From: Ramazzottius varieornatus
Taxonomy: Eukaryota > Animalia > Tardigrada
Length of the DNA stretch: 64,000 nucleotides
Assembly (NCBI GenBank): GCA_001949185.1
Contig: BDGG01000004.1
Span: 1,699,620 to 1,763,619 of the forward strand
Direction of reading: 5' to 3'
Program-made: the position numbers and the translations under genes
The notes under the pieces: model-generated
What the model was told of the DNA's origin: nothing
Seen by the model: the letters and a program-made list of their open reading frames with translations, nothing else
Database searches by the model: none
Part shown: one piece after another, positions 1-28,180 of the stretch
How positions within the stretch are numbered: the stretch's first letter is position 1
Layout: each line of letters opens with the position of its first letter

Positions 1-7
1 TTTTCAG

Positions 8-2305
8 CCTGAAGTCCTACCCGGAAGCCAAAGAGTTCGCCACGCGCGCTGTGGAGCTAGCAGGGACCATCTTCAGCATCAATCCCGGAAGTGCACGCTA
101 TCGACGCTGTGCAGTGCACTTGATCCCCATACAGGTTGTGTAACCGGTTGTAAACTGTCAATCGCGCTCTTTTCCCCATCGTCAAGTTCCTGTTTCGTAA
201 TTTCAATCGATGCTATCTCTTTTCCAGATCAAACTGAGGCAGCTAGACGAAGCCATGCAGCTGTGTGAGGTAAGGCTTTCCTAGTCTCACCGATACCGCA
301 CATGTAAACTGGATCTCGAGGCATTCGCGAGAGAAAGTAGCTTCCGTTTGGTGCGTTGATGGACCAGCTACGGGCGCTCGTATCCACTTAGAATTTGATC
401 GACCGAAGGATATTTGAAACTGTACCGTAATTGGCTTGATGGTTTAGGAAGTTAGTCTTAAGCTGTTGAGCTCTGCGGAGTCTGAACAAAAGCCCGGACC
501 ACGGACTGATTACCTCCTAAGAGACCGCTGGCGGTACTTCAGCCCTTCGCCGGATTGCAGGGCGAGGATGAAATTTCATCCTCAAATACATACAAGCACT
601 TACTTGAAACCCAAAACTCCCTTGCTGCCACAAATTACTTTTTGAAAAAGGCAAAAACGAGAGAGGTTTGACCGACTGACTTTTTCGTTTACATTTTCCG
701 AAAAAAAATAGTTCAACAAGAAAATTGAATTAGTGCGTTTGGCTTCTGATAAGCCGGTAAATTCTTTCCTTCCAATCGTCAGCGTAACGAGGGACAGCTG
801 TGGGGCGGAACCGTTCCCTTTTGCCACCTTGAGTCCGATTGTGCTGATACTAAGCTTAGGGAAGGAAGATTGATGGGCTGTTTGGATCGCTGATGAATTG
901 AAAGTGGCATTGGCATTCCGCCTCAACGTTCAAACGCATCGAATTCGAAGCGATCAATACTTAAGTCGAGATGCGTTCAAGCTGATATTACGAAGATGCT
1001 GAATGCATGACGATGTAGGTAAAGTACCACTCCGCTCCACTCGGAAGCAAGATATTGGTGATGTGAACCAAGTGGTGGGGCGTATCGTCCACTAACGAGC
1101 ATCATGACGACATAAAGCTTAATTTTGTGATAGGAACCCTCATAAACGCGAGCACAATCAGCAAATGGTTGGATGAGGACTTTGATATCTTCGTGTGTTT
1201 GTTTCAGGAAGCCGTCAGGAGCGCACTCGAGTACCACGACGTTTATGTCCAAGCCAAGTGTCTACTGTACTTTGCTGACATCTCCCGTCTGAGGTCGGAT
1301 CATGAAGTAAGCATGAGCCAGGCCTCCATCATGAAATTTCAGTGTTCGGATTCTGGATGAATATTGTTTTAACTATTTCAGAGTTCATGTAATGGTACCT
1401 TTGGATCTTCGATCGCTGTGCATCAAGACAATACCTTGAATACTACTTCTCTCTTGTAGGTTGCCTACCAAAGCTACCAGGCTTCGCTGGACAGTGGTTA
1501 TCCTCAGCTTCGGCTTCGGGCCCTCTTCGGGATTGGAAAATCAGTGTTAAAAACGCGACCACTGGACGGAAACCAAGACATCGCACAAACCAAAGTACCG
1601 AAAAAGTTTTTCCATGGTAGAGTTATGGTCCTTATAGGCTTTTCGTTTTATAGGCTTTGAATTACTATCAGGAGGCACTGGAACTCGCGACTTCTTTGGG
1701 ATGCAAGGTAAGAGCCGCTGGAAGTAAGACGGAAGTTAAAACCCTTCCTCGGACTGACCGATGGTTAACATCGTTGGCATATCTGTGACAGTCGATGATT
1801 GACAGTTCTAAGATATAAAGGAAGTCATGGTCAATATAAGCACCGCAGGCTGTCCGATACTTGGTAGTTAAACATGGACAGAAGCGGAATAACGTCAAAC
1901 TGAAGCTTCTGGTTTATTTCATGTAGCTCGACGTGCTACGCTGTTACCGGCGGATGGCTAAACTTCATCTGCCGACGGCAGAGGATTCCGTCAGTCCTCT
2001 TCAGCACGTACAGGAACTCTGTGATCAGTTGCAACTCTTTTGCAATTTGTGTGGCAATCTGTGTGGGCTGAAGCGGAGCCAGCTAATAGTCCTTGGCTGC
2101 GGACATATTTATCATCGCAAGTAAGTACCGGCGGTCCTTGACAGAACGCAGGCCCTAATTAGTCTTGATTCGAAATGGAGCTTTGAACTTTTCGTGCACT
2201 TTCAGATGCCTCACGGAAAACGGGAGAGTCAACGGAAAGCACTATTGCGTGACCTGTCGGAGCTTGAGTGAAGACATTTGCGAATCGTTCCTAGTTCTTT
2301 TATAG
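8..2305 (+). CDS. RAPSN: Rapsyn (43 kDa receptor-associated protein of the synapse), 3' part; TPR repeats plus C-terminal RING-H2
   Basis: Exons 8-134, 228-269, 1208-1306, 1460-1594, 1654-1707, 1927-2120 and 2206-2305 join in frame through GT-AG introns. The product includes EAMQLCEEAVRSALEYHDVYVQAKCLLYFADISR (cf. rapsyn [33 protein letters not shown]) and the RING-H2 CNLC...CGHIYHRKC...CVTC. The 5' end lies outside the window. Confidence 0.9.
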
Positions 2306-4548
2306 TTCTTGCCAATTACGTATACATTCCAGTTTTGAACTCAGATACGTGCCACTACTTGAGCCAGCCCGGTGCAGCTGTATTAGTCGATGACAAGATT
2401 GCATTTGAGAAATTCCAAAGTTTTTTTCCTAGAGCGAAACTGTATACTCTTTCAGGCGGTTTACCTGAGTGAGCTTTAGTTTCATACAAGGAAGTTCATT
2501 TTATCTTGTTGCTTTTATCGTCCCTTTTTTTGAAGTCCGATCCTGAATAACTTCGGTCATAAAGTCTATTCGGAATCCAAGCACATGGGACTGCTCAGGC
2601 CCGGAGCGCCCTCTTGTGGCAAGCTGTAGCCGGTTTTCTTCGTAGCGAAGGTTCCTCCTGGGCATGGACCTGTTACGGAGCTTCCTTGGATCAAAGAGAG
2701 GTGTTTTGGAGAGTCGACGTCTATGATTATTCGGTGCAGCGATCCATTTTGGAGGACCTGGGACAGGATGTGAACTACGTAGGAGGAAGTACTTGGACTT
2801 TAACTACAGACAACGAGCCTTCTTGTATTAATATCACCAAGGAGTACCGCGGCGACCCCCAGTGAAAAGTCCAGTACTCTATACGACGTCTCGGGCGAAA
2901 CTTAATTCGCTTAATATACCATATCAGAATCAAGTTATTTCTTGAAATTGTCTAGCGAATATCGGTTTCCAGAATACTTCCAAGAGTTATCCATGATGTT
3001 TGTTTTTAAATTCCGATAAGGACCCAGATGGGCGAGCCGAGTACAACAGCGTGTATTGAACACGCGATCTCCATGAAGCAGCTGATACAGAAACATCAAA
3101 GACTCAAAGATATACTGTGACAGCGTGACAAGAGATGTCGCACTACCAAACGAGAAAGCCTGTCTACTACGGCAGTGACATGTCGATAACAAACTGACTG
3201 CTGTGTACGGCGGAGATGTACACTTCAGAGAGCCACGCACTATTTCGGTAGCGACGAGCTCCAGACTTCACCCTCGTGGAACGCCAAGCACAAGTACTTC
3301 CACATTCTGTGCAAGTGCTACAAATGTATCCAAAAGTTGTGCACTATGCAGTACATCAGATAGATGTGATAGAGTAAGCTTGCTCCATGATGTACTGCCA
3401 GAAGCTGTAGTCGATTTGGCTGGCTGAACAGTCGCAGGCTTTCAGGCAATTAATTCATCCTGTTTTCACTTATCTCGATATTCTCTTGTGCCATGGTTTG
3501 AAACAGTTGACCCACACCCTCGGGAACCGGCGAAAATATTAAGCCCGCAGTGACGTGATGGTCTGATATTTTCCATAACTAAGCGAGCTTGGACCATCGG
3601 CGAATCTTATCCGTCGAAAACTGATACCGCGTGAATCGCGACAGCCGGCGACTTTCAAGAACTGAGACAGATACTTTCCGAGAAACGTTGTAGGAATACC
3701 AAGTGCATGGAATATTTTGTCGGGTGCGCTATCGATCTATACTTACCGAATCTTCCGAGATCACATGTCGACAGTTTCTACAAACCATAAATGATTACCG
3801 ACGCCGGATTGCAGAGTCAGGTACGCTGTAATTAAGAATCTATAATGTATTAGTTCAGCGAAATTAGTTTATAATTTACGCATCCCCGCGGAGTGGAAAC
3901 TGGAAAGTTAAAACAATACCCTCACGTACCACGCACCACGTATACCAGACAGCTTTCACTTACACAGTAAGTTAGCAGACCAGCACACTGCCTGCTGATA
4001 AGATGTCACGGGACCAGCAATAAAAAAATGATGAACCGGAAACGAGTCGCTGCATTGGGCGATAAGGGTTGCTCCTGTAGTAAATTGATCCATTACGCGT
4101 TGTCCGCATTGGAGCCCATCCTGTAAATATAGACGCTTTCAAGAGCACAATATTCCGACGAAATATCGATTGAAATCTTAGTGTTTTGCGCGGAGACCCG
4201 TATACAATCAGTATTGCTAAATCTCATCCGACGGGAGCTTATTCTTTGTTTGTTGTATCTCGTTAGAAAACAATTACAAACCCTCCATTGTGGTTCATCT
4301 AGAAACGCTTAACCAGGCCGTTGTGCTGGTTGTATTCGAATTCGACATCTTTGGGGTTGTCGGTCAGAAATGGATGATATGTTTGAAGTAAATGATGGTA
4401 CTTAAGCATAATGGCCTTCCCTCTATTTTGGTAGCCGGAACTTGTTAACGAACTGCTGGTGTCGTCAATGCCGGCCTTGGCGTGCCGCAAAAACCCATCT
4501 GTCACATTGAAGGAATTTAGAGCCAACACATGACGATCATCATTCATA

Positions 4549-19235
<14,687 letters not shown>

Positions 19236-20428
19236 CGTACAAGCTTGACGATGCTAAGGCTCTTCACCGTATTTTTCTTGTGAAAAAATCTGTGATATCT
19301 CGTCGGCTCCGTGGTGGGTGATAACGGAGCAGGACTTCAAGCTTGCCAGTTCAGTGTTTTCAGTCCACCGGATGAATACCGCTAGCTCCATTTCAAAGTT
19401 GCAGCTGAAAGATATACACATGGCTTTCCCTGCAATCAGTCAAACGTTTCGAGTTGCTCAAGAGATTGTTGCTTTTTGTGTATTTCCTGCTTGATCTCAT
19501 AGTGGAGCGACTGAAGAGCTTTGACATCCTTGTCTGCGATCGTGTTCTGAGGCCAGATTTGTTTGCCAGGTTATTTATCGTTGCAATTTCTTATCTCTAG
19601 TAATTTCACTGCTCCACTGGTGTTTCTCCCAGTTCTGTTTGAGATGTCTAACACCTGAATTCTAGCTGAGTTTTATCCTGAAAGGTTCGAACGTTTCAGT
19701 TTCTTGTCAGGTTTTTGAGTTTTCTTCTATGGTCTTATAATTAATGAAGCTTTCGAGTTGGCAGCCCTGGGGTTTGCGGTCTACTATACCTCCTGTTGTC
19801 CTGGACGTCACTGCCGCGGTCGTGTCAGATGGCTCGGCCAGTGTAAGATACTTCGAATCTGCCTGCCAAGGGACTGCCCGAGTGTTGCGAATCTTGCGAG
19901 AGCTCCGCCCAAAAGGCTGGCCTTCCAGCGGAGCTTTAGAATGAATCATAGACCGCTTGAGTCATCGTGGAAAGCTGTTCAGGCATTCTACAGCCCTTAA
20001 ATTGGGGCAAACTATGGCAAACCTGAGCTTATGGGGGAAGGTCAAAGAGAAATTTCTTGGCACCGAAAGTGGTCTCTACCATTAGTCATCTGTTGTACGT
20101 ACAGGCATAGTGCATTATTATACACTGTTGATCGTGCAGTGCCGTCAAGTGGTACTATCAACAGTGTTATCAATTCCGTATTAATCAATACGCCAACATC
20201 TTCGAATGATTAGTACAGAATTGATTGACCAAATCCGAAATCGCGACTCATGGCTCATCAAGAACTTGGAAAAATTAGAAAAATCAGAAAAACCCGGGGA
20301 ATCATCCTGAGTAAAGGATTTTGCTGTCTGGAGCTCGAGCTTCCTCTGATGAGTTAGCGATTCAGAGTCCCTTGGGTATCAAGTAGATAACCTTGCCGTC
20401 TTCTGTCGCTTGCGCAGTTAAACTCAAG

Positions 20429-20660
20429 CAGTGTTATTTTAATCATTATAATAGGGAATCGATTCTAATAATTAAAATCATTTCAATTGTGCGGGTTGGT
20501 GTTCGCTTGATTAATTGATCCCTAATAGGAGATCGAATTTTAACTCTGATGATTGTTATTCGTCAGCGATAATTGATTTTACTTGCAATCAGCTGATCAC
20601 GTAGACTTAACATTAGCACGTGACTTTTAATAATTTTAATTGCATACTAAAACAACACTG
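20429..20660. mobile_element. 232-bp non-autonomous hAT-type MITE
   Basis: Terminal inverted repeats CAGTGTTATTTTA ... TAAAACAACACTG (12/13 match), perfect 8-bp direct repeat AACTCAAG at 20421-20428 and 20661-20668, AT-rich interior. Confidence 0.85.
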
Positions 20661-21697
20661 AACTCAAGATGAAAAATCGTAAAATTATTAAGGCTCATCG
20701 GCCTTAGACGTTACCGTAAAACCACTGTTCAAGCTCTCAGTCGAAAGTTGGTCCCGTAGTAATCGACGATCTTGAAAATCTTTCATCTATTCTGTGCGTT
20801 TGACCACGTGTCGAGAAATTGTTCTAGTCCTAACACTCGGGAGATTCCATTGTCTACACACATTCAGCGGGCGGTAGAACGAACTCTGGGGATGTTGAAG
20901 CGCCATCTTGTGCTCGCTCCGTATACAATCGCTCCACTGTTATTCGTCGAAGCAAACATGTAAGGCGCATCATACAGATGAAAAGCGCATTTATCGCAAC
21001 GAGTGTCGCGACCAGGTCCGCCTCTTCACATGTGCAAATCCGGATGGTGCGCACTGTGCATAACGGTCATGCACTTGAGCACTGAACTAAAATCGATCGA
21101 CAGGGCCTTCTAAATTTTCCTTGCATTCTATTTCTTTCCTCCGTCAGCCATTACTTTGCCCTGTTCAATCAACTAGCGTATGCTGTAGCCTTGCGCGAGA
21201 AAGCTGCTTGACGGCTCTGCTTCCACACGACGATCGCTTGGCCTGCTGCCTCTTTGTTGAACGAGTGTGTAGCTGGCCGAACGGATACAGCAGACGCTGA
21301 GTCGATGACTGGAGTCTAAACGCATCAGTGAGGTAAGGTTTTCGTATTGGAGAAATTAGAAGTGTTTGTGTGTTTACGTGTTGTCTGATATGCGCGCCTT
21401 CTTATGAGTGAAGCTGCTGCAATATCCCTGATCAATAATACGCCGGACAACGGTGACGCTTTGCGGATCGCAGTGGATGGACAACACGAAGACGGCGAGG
21501 ACTACTGCCGTTTAACGGATGGATTTTCGTTGGGACGTTCAACGGATGCTGTTGCCTATATGCCCTCATTGACTGCTTATTCCTGCTACTGTGCGTCAAC
21601 TGATGATTGATCGCGGATCAAGAATTAAAGCCCGGCTACTGTGCTGCGCAAGTCCACGATGATAAGTCCGCTTTGAGCGGGACGCTGTGCAGACGAA

Positions 21698-24600
21698 ATG
21701 TTGAGGGTTCCGTCGACATCGACGTTTCCAGTTGCAACCATCGACAACACCCAGCAATTTTATGAAGATTTACAACGCTTTTTCGCCTCATCGGGGTTTG
21801 TACAGGCTTTCGAATCATTGTACATGTGTGAACTGCATAACGAATTCGTCTGGAACGGTCCATTGACTTCGCTTATTTCGTTATAGGCAAAAAGTTTCGG
21901 GAGCACCGCTGCTCAATGGAAAGCCCGTGCAATTGTTCCAGCTATACAATACTGTTGTTAACCGCGGTGGCTGGCAGAAAGTACGATATTCTGTATATTG
22001 CTAACTGCAAGGCATGGTCCACTTCGAGCCTGATAGGTGTCCGATAGATCGGAAACCCGGGCCTCGTTATGTGCGCAGATGTCTCTTATGTTAGAAAAGC
22101 TGCCAGCGATCAATCTGTATCATTCGATGTTCCTTTTAGATTTGTCAGCAGAATGCCTGGGACGAAGTGGCGGAAGCGCTGGGTTTACCGGAAAGATCGG
22201 CTAATGGCTCGCATGCCGTCAAGATAATTTATTACCAGTAAGTTGGTTCTTCTTACAATATTCGCCTTTTTACCTCGCACATGGCTCTCCGATGCGATTT
22301 TTTCCAGGTATCTGTTACGATATGAATGCGCAAAGTTTAATCGCGCCCCGGTGGACGATGTGATGGACGAGGATGACGTTATTAGGAGATTCAGCCTGAC
22401 CGGAACTACGATATCGCGGATACCTGGTTGGTACCCAGTGTTGGCTTCTCTACATGCATAATCTTCACAGAAATCGTTTCAGAGTACCTGAGAGCATCGT
22501 GTGGGCTTCCCCCAAGTAACAGCGACGACTATCTGGAAAAGCTTCGTCTTTCGCTCATCTCGGGACTGCCCAACGAAGTGGATTTTGCGGTGAACGCACT
22601 TCTGATACGTTCAGCGGATTCTTCCTCGCCTCTAATCATAAACGACTGCCATGCTTCTCTCCTGGATTCCGTCTCCGGTGCCGTTGGTGTTTTCGGCAAA
22701 CGTAGGCTGCTTTTTTTCAGTACGGCGTGACCGTCTATATCCATAAATTCCATTGTTTTTTTTCTAGGCTCGCGCCAGCTTATCAGTATTTACAACACCT
22801 ACATCGAGGAAACCGAGAAGGACTTCATTCGGGTAAGAAGTCGCGTTTTTTAGTCTTAGGTATTATATCCGTACCTCCCAACTTACTTGACTCCGATTCG
22901 TTACTAGTTCTGGATGGAAACTACCGAGGACATGGACCTTTGTAGTCTGCTTTATGCCGAGGACAGCATCGGTAAGGAAGCGCTGTTTTAAATTTCCGCA
23001 GGCTCGACGTTGTAAAAGAGCTAGACCATTTCACTTCCCGGTTCAGTCTTGAAGGAGTAGCGGTCTCATACGGAACCATTTGAAACTTGTGTTCTTTTAG
23101 ATCAACCGTTAACATGTGGCGTTCATGGAACGGAACTGTTCGCCAGAATGTTTTCGTTCGAATGCAACGAAATGAGAGTTGGTCAGGTGAGCGAAGTACT
23201 ACCAACCTCTCACTCTGTACAATCGTACCATCCGACCTGTTGTAGCTTCATTCCATTGTCGTACGCAGGTTGCGACAATTCTGCACAATCTCTCGATGGA
23301 AAAGCCAAACCGAACAATCATCACTCAAAGTGAAACTTGCTTGAAGTATGTTGCTTGCAATGTACAGAAGCCGCGCGTAATGTAGTAAAATATTCATTTG
23401 GAAACATCACTTTGATTATCGTAGGATCATTCTACTGTGTGCAAATAGCCGATGCGGTTCCATATACCAGCTGGGGATTAGCATAATCACTCATCTTATA
23501 TCGGAGGTAAACCCGGAAACTTTTTCCTTACGACTCAACTACCAAACGTAAACTGAACGCCCAAGAGATTCAAAGTGAAAAGATTTTCTCAGTCTTCGTT
23601 ATTTCTCGCAGATGAAGTCTCGATTTTCCTCGTTCGACTGGCTGCATCCCGCTGTCTTGCGGATAGTCAGATCGTGCTTGGAAGGCGCTGATCGTCAAAG
23701 ACTGCTCACTGGTATGTATCAACCGAATATATGGTCCGAGAAAAGTACGAGTGTACTGTATACGTATCCCTTTGTGGTTCCAGGGTTGAGCTTGGTAACA
23801 AGAATGTGTGATATGGACAAGAGCGCGGAATTTCTAGATGAATGCCTAGAAAGCCAGCACTATCTCATGTTTTCTCAAAATCTCTGTGTGCCCGATCCGG
23901 ACATTGTGATAGCGACTCTGGAGCTACTGTACAAGATTACCCGTCTGGGGGAAAGGCATTCCACCACCGTTGCCGAAACTTCAGAAAACATCGGTAAGTC
24001 ACCGGTGACCTGTAACTCAAAGGAGGTTTCCTTATATGCATACCTTGTAGAAGTCTTGATTCGGCTGATGTCCTGTTCAGCCGAGCAGATTCAAGCAGGG
24101 TTCAACGAACCCTTAGTTCCCGTCGAATGTCACGAAACTGCGCCTCTCCGGCCAACTTCTCCCAGCAAGACTGTTGAAGTCCTACAACACAGCGTTCCTG
24201 TTCCGATGGGCTCAACAGTTTCCAACCAGGAAGCCGAAAAGACTATGGAATGGTAAGTTCGGTTGAAAGGGTCGAGTAATTTTAAATAGATTCAGGTGAA
24301 AGGCCGATGTACAGTACTATGATGTATCACTGTAGGCCCAGTACGTTTAACAAGAAAATAGTGGTAAGGATGGCTGAATACTTTTATTCGGCAGGTTTCG
24401 CCAAGTATACGAAGAGGATGAGGCTTTTGCGATGCCAATTTCCGAAGTGTACAAGGACTACGTTGAGTTTTGCAACGGCACCAAGAAGTTCTCCCCTCTC
24501 CTACCATCGTTCACACACTGTTACCAGCTGGCTTTCCCCAAAGCTCGGACGGCCAGCCTCGCTCTGGCTGGAAAACAAGAGCTATGCCTTAGCGGCATTA

Positions 24601-26652
24601 AACGACGAACACTTCCGGGATCTCAGCTGTCCTCTGCTGTAAGTTGTGCCGGTTTGATTCGTAGTTTCAAAGACGAAATGGTCAGAGATGAAATACGTTG
24701 TATGATGAAGAAAGTAACGGAGCGATTTTGGGTTTAGACTTCATTTTCTACCTTCCAACCGCAGTCTTCGGTTCCATCCGCTTCCATCGCCGACGGTAGC
24801 TCGCTTCCGGTCAACCATGCTGATCCGAGTACTCCGAAAAGGCAGAAGAAGCCCTCGGACAGCAGTCTAATTCGAAGTCTGCTTGCAACAAAGATCAACC
24901 GAAAGCAAAGCAGCAGCTATACCGACGAATGGAAACCTTCGGAGAACCACGATAGGATCGACGTGTCCAAACCGGACAGTTCTTTGCTGTCTCTTTCGGA
25001 CGGGCTCTTTTCCGATATGGAGTCAAATGATTCGTCGTTTGTTTCTCCTATGGGTAAATCTCCGAGAAGTCGTTCGACATCCTCAGCTTCCGACTCACCG
25101 AAAGCGAAGAGGAAACCGACAGTCCGGAAGAAGAAAATAGATGGCGTCATTCCGAATGGGAATTCTACACCGGTACATTATCACCATGTCATGTCATGTT
25201 ACACCATGTTACAGGTATGTCATATGGTATCTCATTATAAAACGTTACATGACTTTACAGACCAACGGACTAGTCAATGGACTGAACGGAGATTCCCAAA
25301 GTTCGACCGATCTTTCTGTAGCTGTTCCCTACGTTCTGTCTGAAGCCATAAAACCTGCCAAGAAGCCTCGGGGTCGTCCACGGATCAATGGTACGCCGAA
25401 TGGGATTCCACCTGCCTTGCAGAACGGTTTCCCAGAGGGGTCTGCTGCTCACTCTCCAGCCCGATCGGCGTCCACAAAGAAACCACGTCGCTCGTCACGT
25501 AAGCCTAAACCAAAGAAAACGGAGGAAATGGGTGTTCCGAATGGCTTGGTGTTGTTGAATGGTCAGACAACGACCGAAACAAGTCCAGAATCAATACTGA
25601 ATAGCGAGGGACCTAAGAAGCCAAAGAGGAGAAAGAAGTCCGTTGAAGCATCTTCCTCCGCGGACACTTCGACGGAAAGTGTAGAAGATCATACAGGAAC
25701 TGTGTCTGCTGTCCAAACCGCAGTGATGTCGGGTACATTCGACGAGCTAAATCTAACTCACACGAATGAGAAGCTGGCAAACGGACCAGACAAGATCGTC
25801 GTCTCAAGTGGCGCACGTTGGCGGTGTTGGTGTTCGGAGGTGTGCGCCACTTCAGTTGACTAGCTTGTAGATTTCGATGGCCGGCCTCTCACAGCCAAAC
25901 AGAAAAACCTTGTTGTGGATGTTCATGGAATGGGTGTTGTCTATAGGTGAAGAGTCTGACTTCGTTTGTGAATGGGAAGGTTGTTCGCGTTCGTTCGGGA
26001 AGACTGCCTCCGCTGTTTTCCGTCATAACTTCGTCGACCATGTCTTCAGCTCGCCGGAGAGCATTTGTCGTTGGGCTGGTTGTAATCCAATGAAGCGACA
26101 TGCGTTGTCGCTGATCACGCACCTGCAAGAACACCACTGTTCTCCAGCGGAGCTTCTACGTCAAGCTGTTCGCCGGCAGGAGGTCCGAAGAACTGGCCAG
26201 TCTTCTATCCCGCAGACAATCGTCAATGCCACTCCTCCAACCTACTCCGAACACGCAGCTCTCCACTCCATACAAGCGCGGTACGCCAGTGCCGTGGCTG
26301 CTGACTTTGCTGTAAGTAACTCTCGTTTTGCTGGGTACCCCGACTTCCTTTTCATCTGACGGATTCCTTTCCTTTGCAGTCGGAACCGGAATCTCCTAGT
26401 ACGCGCACAATACGGCTAACAGCAGCTCTGATTCTCAGAAATATTGCTCATTACTCGCATGTCGGAAGAATGTAAGTGCTGGGTCTCTTTTGCTGGAAGC
26501 GCGGATGAAGTTCTAACGTGGTATCTCATTTTTGCAGAAAGTTGTACAAGTTCGAGCCCGTCTTGACGTTGGTTGCGATGCAAGGATCCGAAGCCTCTCG
26601 GGTTATCGGGGAATGCTTGTTCTACCTGGCATCGCACAAGACATCCGCATAG
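21698..26652 (+). CDS. ARID2: AT-rich interactive domain protein 2 (ARID2/BAF200/BAP170), PBAF subunit
   Basis: ARID domain (FYEDLQRFFASSG...PLLNGKPVQLFQLYNTVVNRGGWQK...WDEVAEALG), signature KLRLSLISGLPNEVDFAVN, RFX-like segment (ISEVYKDYVEFC), two C2H2 fingers (CEWEGC...H...H; CRWAGC...HLQEH) and C-terminal TRTIRLTAALILRNIA. Stop at 26650-26652. Confidence 0.93.
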
Positions 26653-27406
26653 TTCTAGTTTCCGAGGATAGCTTTCTCTGATAGTCCGTCACTTCAGATC
26701 TTTTACCGTGTTACCTTTTATAACACTGGGCATTTTGAGATGACTTGTGTGCACGTCAGCTTTGGAGTGCGAGTTCTCCTGTTGTTCAACAGGTTTAAGT
26801 TTCGCGCAGCCCTTCCCAGAGTATTACATTCTTGTTGATCATTTTGTGTTTTTTAAAACGTTGTTTGTAATATTCACAAAAAAATGAACCGACTCGGTCG
26901 AGGTCTTCGGATTGAATCGCTTCAAGAGTCTAATGTCAGCCAGTTCTTTCCTACAGCATCAGCTCACGTATAGCTTATTATCTTGCTGCTCCACGCTCCT
27001 ACTCATTCCTACGAAGCAGTCTCACTTCCTCCCTCCTGCTCCTCCACCATCTTCTTGGACAGTTGTTTTACCTCGCCTTACTTCCATGCTTCCGAAATTC
27101 CGACCACTGCAAATCAACGATTCTTACGAATGAACGAGCAGGCTTGAAGCCTCTCATAACCTGGGGGAAATTACTCGTCATTTTCCTCAGTCACCTGCTG
27201 TCAGAAGAACGATTTTCCGTACAGGTTAGGCTCACTTGAACGGAAAGAATTCAGGAAGACATTAGGTCTACAAAGGGTAAGGCAAAAAGAGTGATATGGA
27301 AAAATTTGACCATTGAAGAAAAGGAACACAAAGCTTTGCTTCAAAAGAAACTAAAGATGCGAGATTCAGCTAAACCTAGGAATCCTTCGGTCCATCGAAA
27401 AGACCT

Positions 27407-28028
27407 CTACTTGGCGGACTGTTCTTCCTCCTGCTCCTTGGACATGAAGCGGCCATCAGCATCGCGAGGACGGGCTTCGGCGAACTCACTGCAACAAAAG
27501 ACCACGTTGCAATCCATCAATCAATCAAGACCCGCGAGGCGGAAATGCAAGGAAAAGGTCAGCTCAAAACCGAGGGAAGATTCCCCAAACTTACCGAGCA
27601 GCTTCGGCCATCTTCTGGCGAGCTTCCTCCAAGTTGTCTCCGGCCGGCTTGCTGTGGTCCTGCTTGTCGCCGTGGCTCTTGCTTTTGCCTCCCTTGGAAC
27701 CGCTCTCGTCCTCCTCCTCCTCCTCATCGTCATCGTCGCCTCCTTGGTTGGATTTGCCTGCTTGGTTGGACTTTCCTCCCTGGTTGGAGCTGCTCTTGTT
27801 GCCTCCTTGTCCAGAGCTCTGGTTGGAGCTGCTCTTGCTTCCACCCTGGTTGGACGACGAGGATCCGGAGCTCTTGCTGTTTCCACCTTGGCCCCCTTGT
27901 TCACCGGCCTCTTCCTTGCTGACGAACTGTCCCGACTCGTCGCGAGGCTGGTCTTTGCCGTTGTCCTTGCGTCCGTCTTCGGACTCGCTCTCCTTGGAGT
28001 TTCCGCTGCTGCCCTTGGTGTTAGGCAT
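27407..28028 (-). CDS. 171-aa intrinsically disordered Gly/Ser/Gln/Lys/acidic protein with two PRDxxG[QR]FxSKE motifs; unknown function
   Basis: Exon 1 28028-27595 (donor cg|gtaagt) and exon 2 27488-27407 (acceptor ttgcag) join in phase 2 to give 516 nt. C-terminus reads NLEEARQKMAEAAREFAEARPRDADGRFMSKEQEEEQSAK*. TATA box upstream. Confidence 0.85.
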
Positions 28029-28140
28029 GATGGCTGACGGCTGACGAGGCTTTACTTTCGACGTACAACGAGCACCTACAGAAATTTTAAAGCTCAAAGC
28101 TTGTTTTGAAAGGAAGAACTCAAAAATGGGAGAAATCACG

Positions 28141-28180
28141 ACTGATGGTTTTCTCCAGCAGGAAAGAGCTGCTTTTATAG
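28141..28180 (-). promoter_or_regulatory. TATA box plus Inr-like core promoter of the disordered-protein gene
   Basis: CTATAAAAG on the minus strand at 28180-28172, with TCAGT (28145-28141) about 30-35 nt downstream. Confidence 0.65.

Noticed and set aside
2516-3427. Open frames between rapsyn and PDE3, including an ~85-codon minus-strand frame
   Set aside because: No recognisable motif, and candidate upstream exons contain stops in all frames.
21404-21610. 68-aa ORF upstream of ARID2
   Set aside because: No homology signal; lies just downstream of a likely 5' UTR splice donor.
27407-28028. Identification as Dsup, CAHS or LEA
   Set aside because: Too short for Dsup and lacks its HMGN-like RRSSRL motif; no CAHS or LEA 11-mer helical repeats.
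27291-28044. Long plus-strand ORFs (248 aa hydrophobic, 136 aa Leu/Pro-rich) that look like membrane proteins
   Set aside because: Antisense shadows of the low-complexity minus-strand gene, which has the TATA box, splice sites and repeated motif.
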